Assembly: GCA_965240325.2 (NCBI GenBank)
Contig: OZ251223.1
Span: 3,348,001 to 3,412,000, forward strand
Origin: Rebecca billardiae RCC1528
Lineage: Eukaryota; Protista; Haptophyta
DNA length: 64,000 nucleotides
Direction of reading: 5' to 3'
Numbering within the stretch: the stretch's first letter is position 1; each line of letters starts with the position of its first letter. A program made the position numbers and the translations under genes. Below, one piece after another: positions 1-10,800 of the stretch. The notes beneath the pieces are model-generated. The model saw only the letters and a program-made list of their open reading frames with translations. It had not been told where the DNA came from and searched no databases.

Positions 1-2
1 GC

Positions 3-578
3 CATGACGGCGGGCAGTCGGCGACAGACGGAGGCAGGGCGCACCACGGCGGAGACTGGCGCGAGCGCTGGCATGAGCGCGACCGGAGCGGCGAGCGCGG
101 GCGGGACGATCGAGAGCATGGGCGAGATGATCGCCGCGAGCGCGAGCCCGCCCGCCCTCGCGAGCGTGATCGCGGGCACGGCCATGAGCGCGACCGCCGT
201 GGCGACCATGACAGGCACCCTTTGCGTCAGCGCGACCGCTCGCGCTCGCGCGAACGCGAACGCGAGCGAGTCGGTCGCAGCGCGGATGAGGGCAGCAATC
301 GTGGTGGGAGCGACCGTGGTGGCCACTCACAGCGCAATGCCAATCCCCCGGAGCGCGAGCACCGGGTGGAGCCCTCACGCCCCTCCGGAAATGGCTCCGC
401 GCGCGACAGCACGCCGTCGCGAGGGGACGCGCATGCCGGCAGGGGCGGACCCCGGAGTCGCGGTCAAGGCCCCCGCCCAGGGCCTGGCCCGGGCGGAGGC
501 TCTGGACACGGAGGGGGCAGGAGCAACGGACCTCCAGGCGACCTTCGCGCTCGTCTGCAAGAGATGAAGCGCCGATGA
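3..578 (+). CDS. 3' end of an RS/RD/RE-rich protein, probably splicing/RNA-processing related (5'-truncated by the window)
   Basis: Frame open from position 3 to TGA at 576-578: HDGGQS...RERWHERDRSGERGRDDRE...RDRSRSRERERER...DLRARLQEMKRR*. An AT-rich 3' region follows. Confidence 0.65.
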   Translation, partial: HDGGQSATDGGRAHHGGDWRERWHERDRSGERGRDDREHGRDDRREREPARPRERDRGHGHERDRRGDHDRHPLRQRDRSRSRERERERVGRSADEGSNRGGSDRGGHSQRNANPPEREHRVEPSRPSGNGSARDSTPSRGDAHAGRGGPRSRGQGPRPGPGPGGGSGHGGGRSNGPPGDLRARLQEMKRR

Positions 579-817
579 TGTTATATATTTATTATTTTTA
601 AAAACATATCTGATGTAGTCGTAAGCTACTCGGTACTTAATACGCGTACGGCGGCCCGCGGCGGCGTACGCCAGTACAGTATGACAGAATCAGATGACTC
701 ATCAGATGAGCCATCATCGTCCGGTACGATCAACCGGTACTGCCGCTGCCACCGGAAACGTCGTCGCTGGCTATTGAAGGCGGCTGTGGGCCTCGTAGAG
801 CAGTTACCGTTGCCCAA

Positions 818-1668
818 TCACTTCTTCTTGTCCTCATCGGCTGGCTTGATCACACGCAAACGAATGAGCTCATCGCGTACGCTCTCAACACGGCTGAAGA
901 CGAGAAGCGCCGAGCCGAGCTGCGCCACCATCACTTTGCTGCCCGCGTACTTGACGTCAAGCGTCACGATGCGCTGGGAGGAACCGTCCTTGGCCTGGAT
1001 CTGCTTGCCCAGGCCATCGACCATCGACGAATAGACGAGCCTCAAGCGCGGGCTCTCCAGCGAGTACGTACCCGACAGGACATTCCGGATATTCGGAAAG
1101 GGTCCAAAGACGCGGAGGATCTCGTTAGCCTGTCGTGCGTAATGGCGGGCGGCGGGTTCCGCGTCCAGGGGTGCGTCAGGCGTGCGCGCCGGGCCAACGC
1201 ACGCGGGGTGAGATGCGGCGCACTTCGAGCTCTCACCTCGCACTTCTTCGCCTTCCCGGAGCCGATGCTGAGGAAGAAGTCCTCGAAGGACGTGCCGGGC
1301 AGCGTGTGGAGCCCAGTTCCAATCGATTCGAGCGCCTCAGCGGTAGGCACCCACTGCAGCGACCAGGCGCCTGCCACGAGATCGATTGTCGGGGCTTGGC
1401 CAAGGCCGACGAGCTTGTCAATCAGCGCGTCGATGGCCGTCATATCGCGCTTCGATTCGCCCACTCTCTCCAAGAGCTCTGTCTCGGCCGTTTCATCCTT
1501 TGGTTGCTGCGCGAGCGCTGACGGAGCTTTCTGCTTCTTGCGGGCTGCCATGGTCACGATGCGCGAGCGGCAGCCCAGTGCACGAGTCATAGAGACAGGG
1601 TGCATCGGCCGCACAAGCGCCGTCGCGGCACCCACGGCGAGCCAGGCCAGGCAGATTGTCGCCGTCAT
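818..1668 (-). CDS. Plastid-targeted PAP/fibrillin-like (lipocalin-fold) protein, 2 exons
   Basis: Exons 1668-1237 and 1129-818; GT..AG intron 1236-1130 joins KKCE|ANEILRVFGPF. N-terminal signal peptide MTATICLAWLAVGAATA followed by a basic transit-like segment. DALIDKL...VAGAWSLQW resembles the PAP_fibrillin N-terminus. Alternative ATG at 1692. Confidence 0.65.
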
Positions 1669-1864
1669 CGATGGGCAAGGCCGGGGCACCATGCTGAATG
1701 AAGTCCCCGCGCGTCTCTCTCGCGAGTGTTCGATGTCCTGAGCGTCCACTGTCGCGCGACTTCCGGCTTCGTCCCCGCCGAACTGCCGAAGAGTCGAAGA
1801 CTGAGCCATCGGCAGTCCTGCAATGGCGGTCGGAGGTGTGCGCGACTCAACCAACCAGACGACC

Positions 1865-3067
1865 ATGGGCGCAGCGCGCAGGGTCGCGGTGGCGTGTTTG
1901 CTGTGGGCGTGCCTCGTGCGCGAAGTGGGAGCTACCCAGCCGGCACAGCGAGCCCGCACGACGCTCGCACCACTCATCACAAGCGGGCGGGTTGCCGTCT
2001 GGGAGCGATCGGCAGGAGCCCAACGCGCCGCATCAGGCGCGGTCGGCGCAGGCTGGTCATCTGCGATGGCAAGGACGCACCGCGAGCCCCAAGCCGTCAT
2101 CCTCGTGGGTACATCGCACGTCATTGGGTCGCAGGACACGGCGCAGACTGTTCGGCACGTGATCGACACGATCCGCCCTGATGCGGTGGTTGTTGAGCTC
2201 TGCCGCTCGCGCACCGGCCTCATGTATGCGGGCGCTGACGCAGCGGAGTCGACGCCAGCCAACCCGTTCCGCGTGTACGGCTCGAGCGCGGAGTCGCCCG
2301 TGTCCACGCTCCTGCGCACACTCTCGCTCGGCGGGCCAGTGAGCTTGCTCCTTCGCCTGCTGCTGGCAAGATCAGCCGAGTCTGCACTTGTGGCTGCTGA
2401 CGCCGCGCTGCCCACGGAGGCGAACGAGCGCTACTGCGACTTTCGCGCAGCGCGTGAGGCCGCGGAGGCAGCAAACGCCACGCTAGTGCTCGGCGACCGC
2501 CCCGTTGAGATCACTTTCGAACGCGCCTGGCTCTCGCTCTCGAGCGCGGAGCGCTGGCAGCTGCTGCGTTCCGTGCTTGCACTCGGCGGGGGCGCAGCGC
2601 AGGGCCCCTCTGGCAAAGATGCGGCGGATGCCGAGCCGGGGGCGGATCTGAGCGCCCTCAAGGCCGGCAGGCCCGAGCTTGTGGCCGACGCCCTGGCCGA
2701 TACGCTCCGGCGGACCTTCCCTGGGCTGGCGCGCACCCTGATCGACGAGCGTGACATCTACCTGTCCCTCACGTGCAAGAGCTCCAAAGCGGTGGACGGC
2801 TGCTCGTGCGTCGTCGGCGTCGTCGGCCAGGGCCACCTGCAGGGCGTGCTGCGCGCGCTGGACGAGGACCACTCGGGCCAGTTCAAGGTGCTGACGCACA
2901 CGCCGAGGCGCGCCCGTGCCAAGCAGCGCGTGCTGGGCGTATCACGCACTCTGATCGACCGCCTTGCCTTCGACCTCGGCTTGGGCGGGCTGCTCTGGCT
3001 CGCTGTCGCTGTGGCGCAGTCAGAGATGACAATCGCCATCCCACCCATCCCCTTCATCGGCTCGTGA
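1865..3067 (+). CDS. TRABD: TraB/PrgY/GumN-family protein with N-terminal signal and C-terminal TM helix
   Basis: Motifs VILVGTSHV, IRPDAVVVELCRSR, LVLGDRPVEITFERAW, LIDERDIYL, VVGVVGQGHLQGV. Upstream in-frame ATG at 1823. Confidence 0.85.
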   Translation: MGAARRVAVACLLWACLVREVGATQPAQRARTTLAPLITSGRVAVWERSAGAQRAASGAVGAGWSSAMARTHREPQAVILVGTSHVIGSQDTAQTVRHVIDTIRPDAVVVELCRSRTGLMYAGADAAESTPANPFRVYGSSAESPVSTLLRTLSLGGPVSLLLRLLLARSAESALVAADAALPTEANERYCDFRAAREAAEAANATLVLGDRPVEITFERAWLSLSSAERWQLLRSVLALGGGAAQGPSGKDAADAEPGADLSALKAGRPELVADALADTLRRTFPGLARTLIDERDIYLSLTCKSSKAVDGCSCVVGVVGQGHLQGVLRALDEDHSGQFKVLTHTPRRARAKQRVLGVSRTLIDRLAFDLGLGGLLWLAVAVAQSEMTIAIPPIPFIGS

Positions 3068-3350
3068 CGAATTATTCATCGGTGACGATGCCCAACACGG
3101 CGCGCATCACAACTACATTCTGACGCGTGCGTCGTCACGCGTAGACAGACTTGCGCGCTTTAAGCTTAGTTTATAACTACTACAAATTCTGACGACAGTG
3201 ACTAGATGAGTCAAGCTGGTCAGAATAAGCTGCTATACAGTAGCAGCTTGCAGAGTCATCAGTGATCAGAATGCGCGCAGCGCGAATGGCAGGATATTGC
3301 TGGTCCCATATGCGACGTAGTAAACTGCTATCACATAGATTGTTCACGCT

Positions 3351-4579
3351 TCACTCGGCGACTTCACGGTCTGCCGACAGCGGCGGTGGCTCCGAAGGTG
3401 AACCGCCGGCCAGGCCCACAGCACCCACAGGCACAGGTGCCACATTTGGCGGAGAGCTGGCGCCCGAGCCCGGGCTGACGTTTTCCGGCTCCTTGGGGGA
3501 CGTGGCACGAGGTTGCGGGTCGGGTGAGCCGCCTGCAGGCGGGACTGCCGCGTCGGCGGCCGCCGTGGCGTCCGGCGCGGGGGTGGCTGCGGGCTGACCA
3601 GCCGCTGCGGTGCCACTCGCGCCGCCGTCGGTGTTCTGCGGCGGCGAGGACGCGGCCGCGCCCTGCTCAAGCTGCCTCAGTCGCGCCGTGACATGCGCCA
3701 CCTTTGCCTCCTTGCCTGGCACCTCTGAGCGCTCGAGCGTGTCCGCCGCTGCGCGGAAGTAGGAGATCGCCTCAGGCACCCGGCCGCACTTCTCGTGGGC
3801 GGCGCCGATGTTGTTGAGGGCGGTTGCATTTACAGCGGCGTCATCCGGCCGGAACTTGCGGTTGAAGGTGAGCACGTGCGCGAAGAGCACGAGCGCCTCC
3901 TCAGGCTGGCCCGCTGCGTACAATCGGAGGCCCTGCGCCCCAACCCCCACCCCAGCCAGACAACCGCCGACACACGCGTGTGCGAGGGGCGCGCGGACGG
4001 TGAGCGAGCAGTCAGCAGCGCGCACGCGCGTTGGCGCAGCCCGAGTGTGCTCTCGACTCGGCGCGCGCGGGCACGGCGTGGGCGCAGGTGCAGGGCGTTC
4101 GCCGGCATCGCACGCACCTCCTCCCACATGGCGCCGGCGACGGGCTGCGCGAGCGCCTCGTCTGCGCCGTCATCGGGCAGGGCGGCGCTCTCTGCCTTTG
4201 CGAGGCGCGCAAGCTTGCTCAGCACGTGGTCGCGCGCTCGGCGGCGCTGCTCGTCCCAGCGCGATTGCGGCTCGCCCGTGGCGTTGAGTACACCGATGGC
4301 CCGCTCGTAGAAGTAGATCGCCGCGTCTTTGCGCCCCACCCGGTCGTATGCCGACGCGAGGTTGTTGAGGTTGGTACACAGCCCCAGCGCGCCCGGCACC
4401 ATGTGCCGCTCGTTGATGGCCAGGCTGGCCTCGAACTGCTCGATCGCCTCCTCGTAGCGCTCGCTCTGAAAGTTGCCCATGCCCTGCTCGAACAAGGCGT
4501 ACCCGAGCTGCAGCGCCTCCTCGCGCGGCACACCGTCGTCGAGCTGCGCGCGCAGGGTGCGCGAGGCCTTGGACTCCAT
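3351..4579 (-). CDS. Tetratricopeptide-repeat protein (kinesin light chain-type TPRs), 2 exons
   Basis: Exons 4579-4118 and 3932-3351; intron 4117-3933 (GTGCGT..GCAG). TPR motifs YEEAIEQFEASLAI..NLNNLASAYDRVG and ALNNIGAAHEKCGRVPEAISYF. Low-complexity C-tail. Confidence 0.8.
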
Positions 4580-4803
4580 CGCCGATTCGCGGCAGAGGTG
4601 TCGACGGGCGGGCGAGGCCGCACCGGGAAGCACTGGCGCATCGCGCGTGAGCGGTTCGTCACTGTCAACGGGGCTGCGAAAAGGTTTGGTGCACAAGCTA
4701 TGACTGAACTTTGCGCTGTGTTCTTCCAGTACGACCTCATTACAGTACGCTTGTCCGAAGCCGCGAAGCGCGGCCAAGCAAGCCGACGACGCTGCCGGCT
4801 CGC

Positions 4804-7800
4804 ATGAGCCGCGCGGCCTTCGCGCTCCCCTTCTCGCCGGCGCTCGCGAGCGCGCTGCGCGGCGATGTGGCTTGGAGCGACGAGCGCACCGCCGTGATCG
4901 TGCGGAGCCTCGCACGTAGCCCCGAGCTCGGCCCAGCCCCGCGTGCCCCTCGGGCCGCACACGGCGACGATTGGTCTCGCGCGCTCGCGTACGCGCACGC
5001 GCTCGTCGCGGACCGCGCAGGTCTGCTCCGAGCGCTGGGCGCGCCGACGGGGTCGTGTGATCAGTCAAACACCGAACGCACACCGCGCGTGTGCATCGCC
5101 GACATCGACGCGCTGCTTGCGCGCGCTCCCGCCGACGCCGGCGCGGCTGCCCTCTCGGCTGAGCTCGCGAGAGAGGATGTGCTCTGGGTGCCTCTGGCCG
5201 CGGACTTGGAGTCCGCGCCCGGCGGCGTGATCGTGCCCGAGGCGCTGGCGCTCGCCGTGGCCGCGGGTGGCCTGCTCGACGCGCACGCCAGCGTCATGGT
5301 CGCGGCCGGCGTGTGCGCGGCGCTGCGCGCTGCCACGGCGCGCGCGGCTCACACGCCGGATGAGCCGAGCGTGGGCGACGGGCGCTGCGCGGCGCGCGAG
5401 TTGCTCGGCCGACTCGAGTCGGTGGCGCAGACGCCCTTCGACCAGCCCGCCGCCGACGCCGCGGCGAGCGCCCTCGTCAGCACGCCGCACCCCGACGGCT
5501 GCTCGCACGACGCTGTGCTCGCCTCGCTCGAGCGCGCGCTGGTGTGCGCGCAGCTGTGCGGCGACCGTGGCGCGCTCGGGCGGCTGGAGGAGGTGCTCGT
5601 GGCGTGCGTGGGGCACGCGAGCGGCGGCGTGAGCTCCGCCGCGGTGCGGCTGCTCAACGCGCTCTACGACGGCACGCCCTGGCAGCTCGACGCGCCGCTG
5701 CCCGTGCGCGTGCGCGCCGTCGGTCAGCCGCTGAGTGTGCGCGCCTCCGCCAGGCAGCGGCCCGCGCCGCTGTGCGCTGCCGAGGCCGAGGCCGACGGGC
5801 GCGGCGCGCACGCGGCGGCGGGCGGAGCCGATGCCGCCACGCATGGCCGACTCGCCGTGCAGCTCGCCGAGCCGCACAGCGCGTGCGCGTGCGCACCGTC
5901 CGAGCGCCCAGCCGGCGCCGCGCCCGGCGCCACCGCCGCGCCGCCGCTTTGGGCGCGGCGGGTCTCGCTCGTGCTGCTGCCCGAGGCAGCCGCCCCGGGG
6001 GCGCTCGGCGCGGCCGGCGCGCACGCCGAGGGGCGCGGACTGGAGGACGAGTCGGAGAGCGTGACGGAGGACGACGACGACTCCGACACCGAGTCCGACG
6101 GTGCGGCAGCCGACGGCGCGCGCGGCGCGCCGCGCGCAGATGATGCTGACGCGTGCGGCGCGCGCGCCGCTCGCCGAGAGCGCTGCGGCGCGGCGGGCGA
6201 GGCGGCGGGCGTGGGGCGGGCGCCTCGGTCGGCCGGCGCGCGCGGCGCGCTGCGCGTGGCCCTCGGCACGCTCCACCGCGCCGGCCCGTACGACTGGCGC
6301 CTCGTGCGAGTTCTGCGCGATGGCACCGTGCTGCCATGCGGCGGCGGCGCGGGCGGCGCGGGCGGCGCGGGCGGCGCGGGCGGCGCCGGAGCGCGCTCGC
6401 GCGGGCGGGTGCTGGCGCAGCCCGCGGACCTGAGCGGCGCGCTGAGCGTGGCGAGCGTGCGCTTCGGCGCGAGCGGCGGCGTGCCCAGCCCCCGCTCCTT
6501 CGCCGAGCTCGAGGCCGCGCTGCCCGCCGTCCGCGCGCGCGGCATCCGCGCGCTGATCCTCGACGACTGCGTGGCGGACGGCTGCGGCACCGCGGCGCGC
6601 GCCGAGCTCGGCGGCTGCCGCGCGCTGGCGAGCGCGTGCGCGCGCGCGGCGGAGCTGGAGATGCGCGTGCTCGTGCGCGTGCGGGCGAGCGTGTGCGCCG
6701 CGCGCGCGCACCGCAAGCACAGCGCGCACGCGCTCCTCGCCGCCGACGACCACCACGGCGGGCTCGGGCGCGCGCGCTGCGCCGACGTGCCCAGCAGGCT
6801 GCTCCTCAACTGGCGGGCGGCGGCCGTGTGGCGCCAGCTGCGGGCGGAATGTGCCGCGCTCGTGCGCGGCTGCGGCGTGCACGGGGTGTTCCTGCACGGC
6901 GCGGACGAGTGGCCGCGGCTGCTCCGCGCCGACGCGGACGAGCTCGGCCGCATCGACGCGGACGGCGAGCGCCACTACCCGGCGGCGCGCGCGCTCGAGG
7001 CACCCGTGGTGCGGAGCGGGCGGCGGAGCGGCGGCGCCGGCGGCGCCGGCGGCGGTGTGGACGGTGGCGAGCGCGGCGCCGACGCGCTGGGGTACTGGCA
7101 CAGCGGCGCGTTCGCCGCGGGGTGGCCCAATCCCCTCCTCCTCGCCCTCAGCGCCGCGCTGAGCGCGTGCGCCCACCCGGACTCGGGCGCGCCCAGCGCG
7201 ATCGTGCTGGCTGGCTGTTCGCACGCGGAGCGGGCGGCCGCGCTCAGCGTGTCCGGCTGTGTGCCCGCCGCGTGCCCGCTGCTGCTGCCGCCGACGGGCG
7301 GCGCGCGCGCCGTCGCGCTGCTGGCGCGCACGCTGCCGCGCGGCGCGCTGCTCGCCGCCCGCCCGCCCGCCTCGCCCGAGCCGCCCGCGCCCACCGCGGC
7401 CGGGGCCGCAGGCTGCGCACACCGCGCCGCTCCGCTCGGCGCGGCGGGGCGCGCGCACGGCGGCGCGAGTGGGGCGGCGCGCCCCGGGTTTGGCGGCGGG
7501 CCCTCCTCGAGCGGGCTGCAGAACGGGCTGCTCGCGCTCGCGCTGCCTGTCGTGGCGTGCGCCGACGAGGAGACGGCGGCGGTGTGGGCTCCGCCCGCGA
7601 GCGTCTCGCGTGCGGCGGCCGCGGCGGCATCGGAGGCGGCGGCGTGCGGTGGCACGGGCGGCCGGAGCAGCACCGGCGCGTGCGCGGACGCGCCAGCGCC
7701 GCAGTGGGCGGGCGGCGTCGAGCCGGGCCTGCCCCGCGAGAGCCCCGACGCGCCCACCTCGCCGCCGCCGCCGCTCCCCGCCCGCGCGGCCCTCCTGCGC

Positions 7801-10800
7801 GCGCGCGCGCTCCACCCGCACCTCTTCCGCGCGCCCGCACACGCGGTGCGCGCGCTCGAGCTGCGCGCGCTCGGAGGCGCGGCCGCGATCGGCGTCGAGC
7901 GCGCGTGCGCGCACGCGTGGCTGGCGCCGCGCTCCGGCTCGGCGGTGGTGTTCGCGATGGGCACGGCCGGCTGGGCCGTCCGCGCGGCGCTGCCGCTCCC
8001 CGCCGCCCTGCTCCGCGCGCGCGCCCTCGGCGGCGCGCGGTGCGCGCACGGCGTCGTGCTGCGCGCGCGCGCGCTCGCGCAGTCGGCGGGCGTGCGCTGG
8101 GCGGCGGGCGGCGCGCACGGCTCGGGCGCGGGGCTGTACGCCGCGGCGGAGCTCGCCTCCGGCCAGCTCTGGGTCGAGCTGCCGCCGTGCGCCGGCGGCT
8201 CGGCCGTGTGCATCGAGATCACCGCCGCGCGCGTCGACGGCGCCGTCGGCGAGTGTGGCTGCTGCACTGAGCCGGCGCCGGCGCCCGGCGCGCCGGCGGA
8301 CGCGGCGCGCGCGCCGGCCGCGCGCGCGTGCGAGGGCTGCCTGGCGGCCGAGCTGCTCTCGCACGCGACGGCGCGGCTCGAGTACCTGCCGCACGGCATC
8401 GACGCGCGCGCCAACGCGGCGGCGAGCCTGCTCAGCACCGGGCTGCGCGAGGCCGCGGCGACGGGCGACGGCGGCACGCTGTGCGCCGCGCTCGGCCAGC
8501 TGCGCGCGTGCACGCGCGCCGCGCCCGCCGTGCTGCGGCGCGCGCTCGCCACCGCGCACCACGCGTACTCGCTGCTGCCCGACGCCGAGCTGACGCGCAT
8601 GATCGCGCGCGTCTCGGCGGGCGGGCGCAGCGCCGCGCTCCCACCGGCCGGCAGCGGCGACGGCGGCGGCGGCAGCGGCAGCGGCGGCGGCAGCGGCAGC
8701 GGCAGCGGCAGCAGTGAGGCGGGCCGCAGCGCCTCCTCCGCCGCCAGCCTGCAGCTCGGGCACGACGATGGCGGCGCGGCGCCGCGCGCGGACGCGGCGG
8801 CGGCGGGCGCGGCGGCGACGGGCGCGGCGCCGAGCGCGGACACCGCCGATGTGGGCGCGGCGGGCGCGAGCGCGGCCGATGCGCCGTGCGTGCGATCGCA
8901 CGACGGCGCCGCGCCAGGCGCGCCCACATCGGCGGCGGCGGACGCCGCGCGGCCGGCGGAGCTCTCCGCAACGGCCGTCGGCGCGGTGGCGGCCGCTGGC
9001 GGCGGGGGCGGCGGCCTGGGGCGCGCGGCGCTGTGCAGCGCGGGCGGAGGCGGCATGAGCGCGAGCGCGAGCTCGAGCGTCGACTCGAGCGCCAACGCGG
9101 ACGGGCGCGGCGTCTCCGATGAGGAGGCGCCCTCGCGCGGCGGCGGCGGGCGCGCGGCGGCGGGCGCGGCGGCGGCGGGCTCGGGCGCCGCACAGCCGCG
9201 CGGCGCGACGCGCGCCGCGCGCGCGCGCGCCGACGCGCACGCCGACGGCGCGGACGGCGCCGCCGCCGCCGCCGCCGCCCTGGACGGCGTCTCCGCCGCG
9301 CTCGGCCACGCGCCTGAGCCGCCCCTCGTGATCGCCTTCATCGCGCCCGAGTTCGGCCCGATCTCGTCGGTGGGCGGGCTGGGCGTGCTGGTCGGCCACC
9401 TGAGCGCCGCGCTCGCCGCCGGCGGCGCGGGCGTGGAGGTGCACGTGCTCGTGCCGTACTGGGCCGTGAGCGCGCGCGGCGACACGGGCGACTACGCGCG
9501 CGCGCGCGGCGCGGGGCGGCAGGCGGCGTGGGCCGTGCGCCACTTCACCGTCGACGCGCGCGCGGACGGCGCGCCGCCCGCGGTCGCGTGCGTGCGCTCC
9601 GCGTCGCTCCGCGGCGTGCGCGCGCACCTGCTCTCGTGCGACGGGCTCTTCGGCGGGCGGCCGTACGCGCAGCTCGACCTGACCGCCGCGGCGCTCTTTG
9701 CGCACGCCGCCGTGCGCGCGCTCGAGGTGCTCGCCGTGTGCGCGGACGTGATCGTCACCAACGACTGGACGACCGCGCTCGTGCCCGCGACGATCCGGCG
9801 CGCGCGCGCCGCGCGCGCCGCGCCGCCCGCCGGCGTCGCCGAGCGCGCCGCCGCCGCCGCGATCTCGCGCGCCGTCCTCGTCCACGTGTGCCACTCGCTC
9901 GAGGCCGGGTACGAGGGCTCTCTGCTCGTCTCGAGCGCCGAGCTGGCCGCGGTTGAGGCGATGGGCGTGCCGGCCGAGCTGCTGCTCGACGACGCGCCCA
10001 AGCGCGGAGCCGGCGGCGCGGCGCCGGGCGCGCACGGCGGGCCGCCGTACGCGCCCGCCGAGCTCGCGGGGAGCCGCGGCGCGCGGGAGCAGCAGCAGCG
10101 GCGGCAGCAGCGGCAGCAGCAGCAGCTGGACGCGCGGCGCGGCGGCGGGGCCGGCGCCTCGGCCAACGGCGCGCACGCCGTCAGCCTCTCGCGCGCCGCG
10201 CTGCTCTGCTGCGACCGCTGGGCGACCGTCGGCCTCTCCTACTGCGCGCGGCTGCTGGAGATGAGCCGGCTCGCGCCGCTGCTGCGCGCGCGCGGCCCGC
10301 CCATCATCGCGCCGCCCGGCGTGCCCCTCGACGAGCACCGCGCGGCCATGGCTGCCCTCGCGCCCTCGCGCGGCGCGGCCAAGGCGCAGCTCCAGCGGCT
10401 GTGCTTTGGCGCGGCGGGCGTGCGCGCGGCCACGCCCCTCCTCGCCTTCGTGGGCCGCATCACGCGGCAGAAGGGCGTCCACCTGCTGCTCGACGCGCTG
10501 CCCGCGCTGCTCGAGCGGCGCGGCGGCGACGTGCAGCTGGTCGTCTGCGGACGCGCCGAGCCCGCCGACCGGTATGCACAGAGCTGCGCGCGCCAGATGG
10601 GCGCGCTGCGCGAGCGCTACCCGCACCACTTCTGGGCGCGGCCGGCGCACTACTGCGCGCACGGCGCGCTCGTCAACCTCGCGGCGGACGTGTGCGTGAT
10701 GCCCTCCCTCTTCGAGCCCGGCGGGATCGTGCAGCACGAGTTCTTCGCGGCGGGCGCGCCCGTCGTCGCGTTCGACACGGACGGGCTGCGCGACTCTGTC

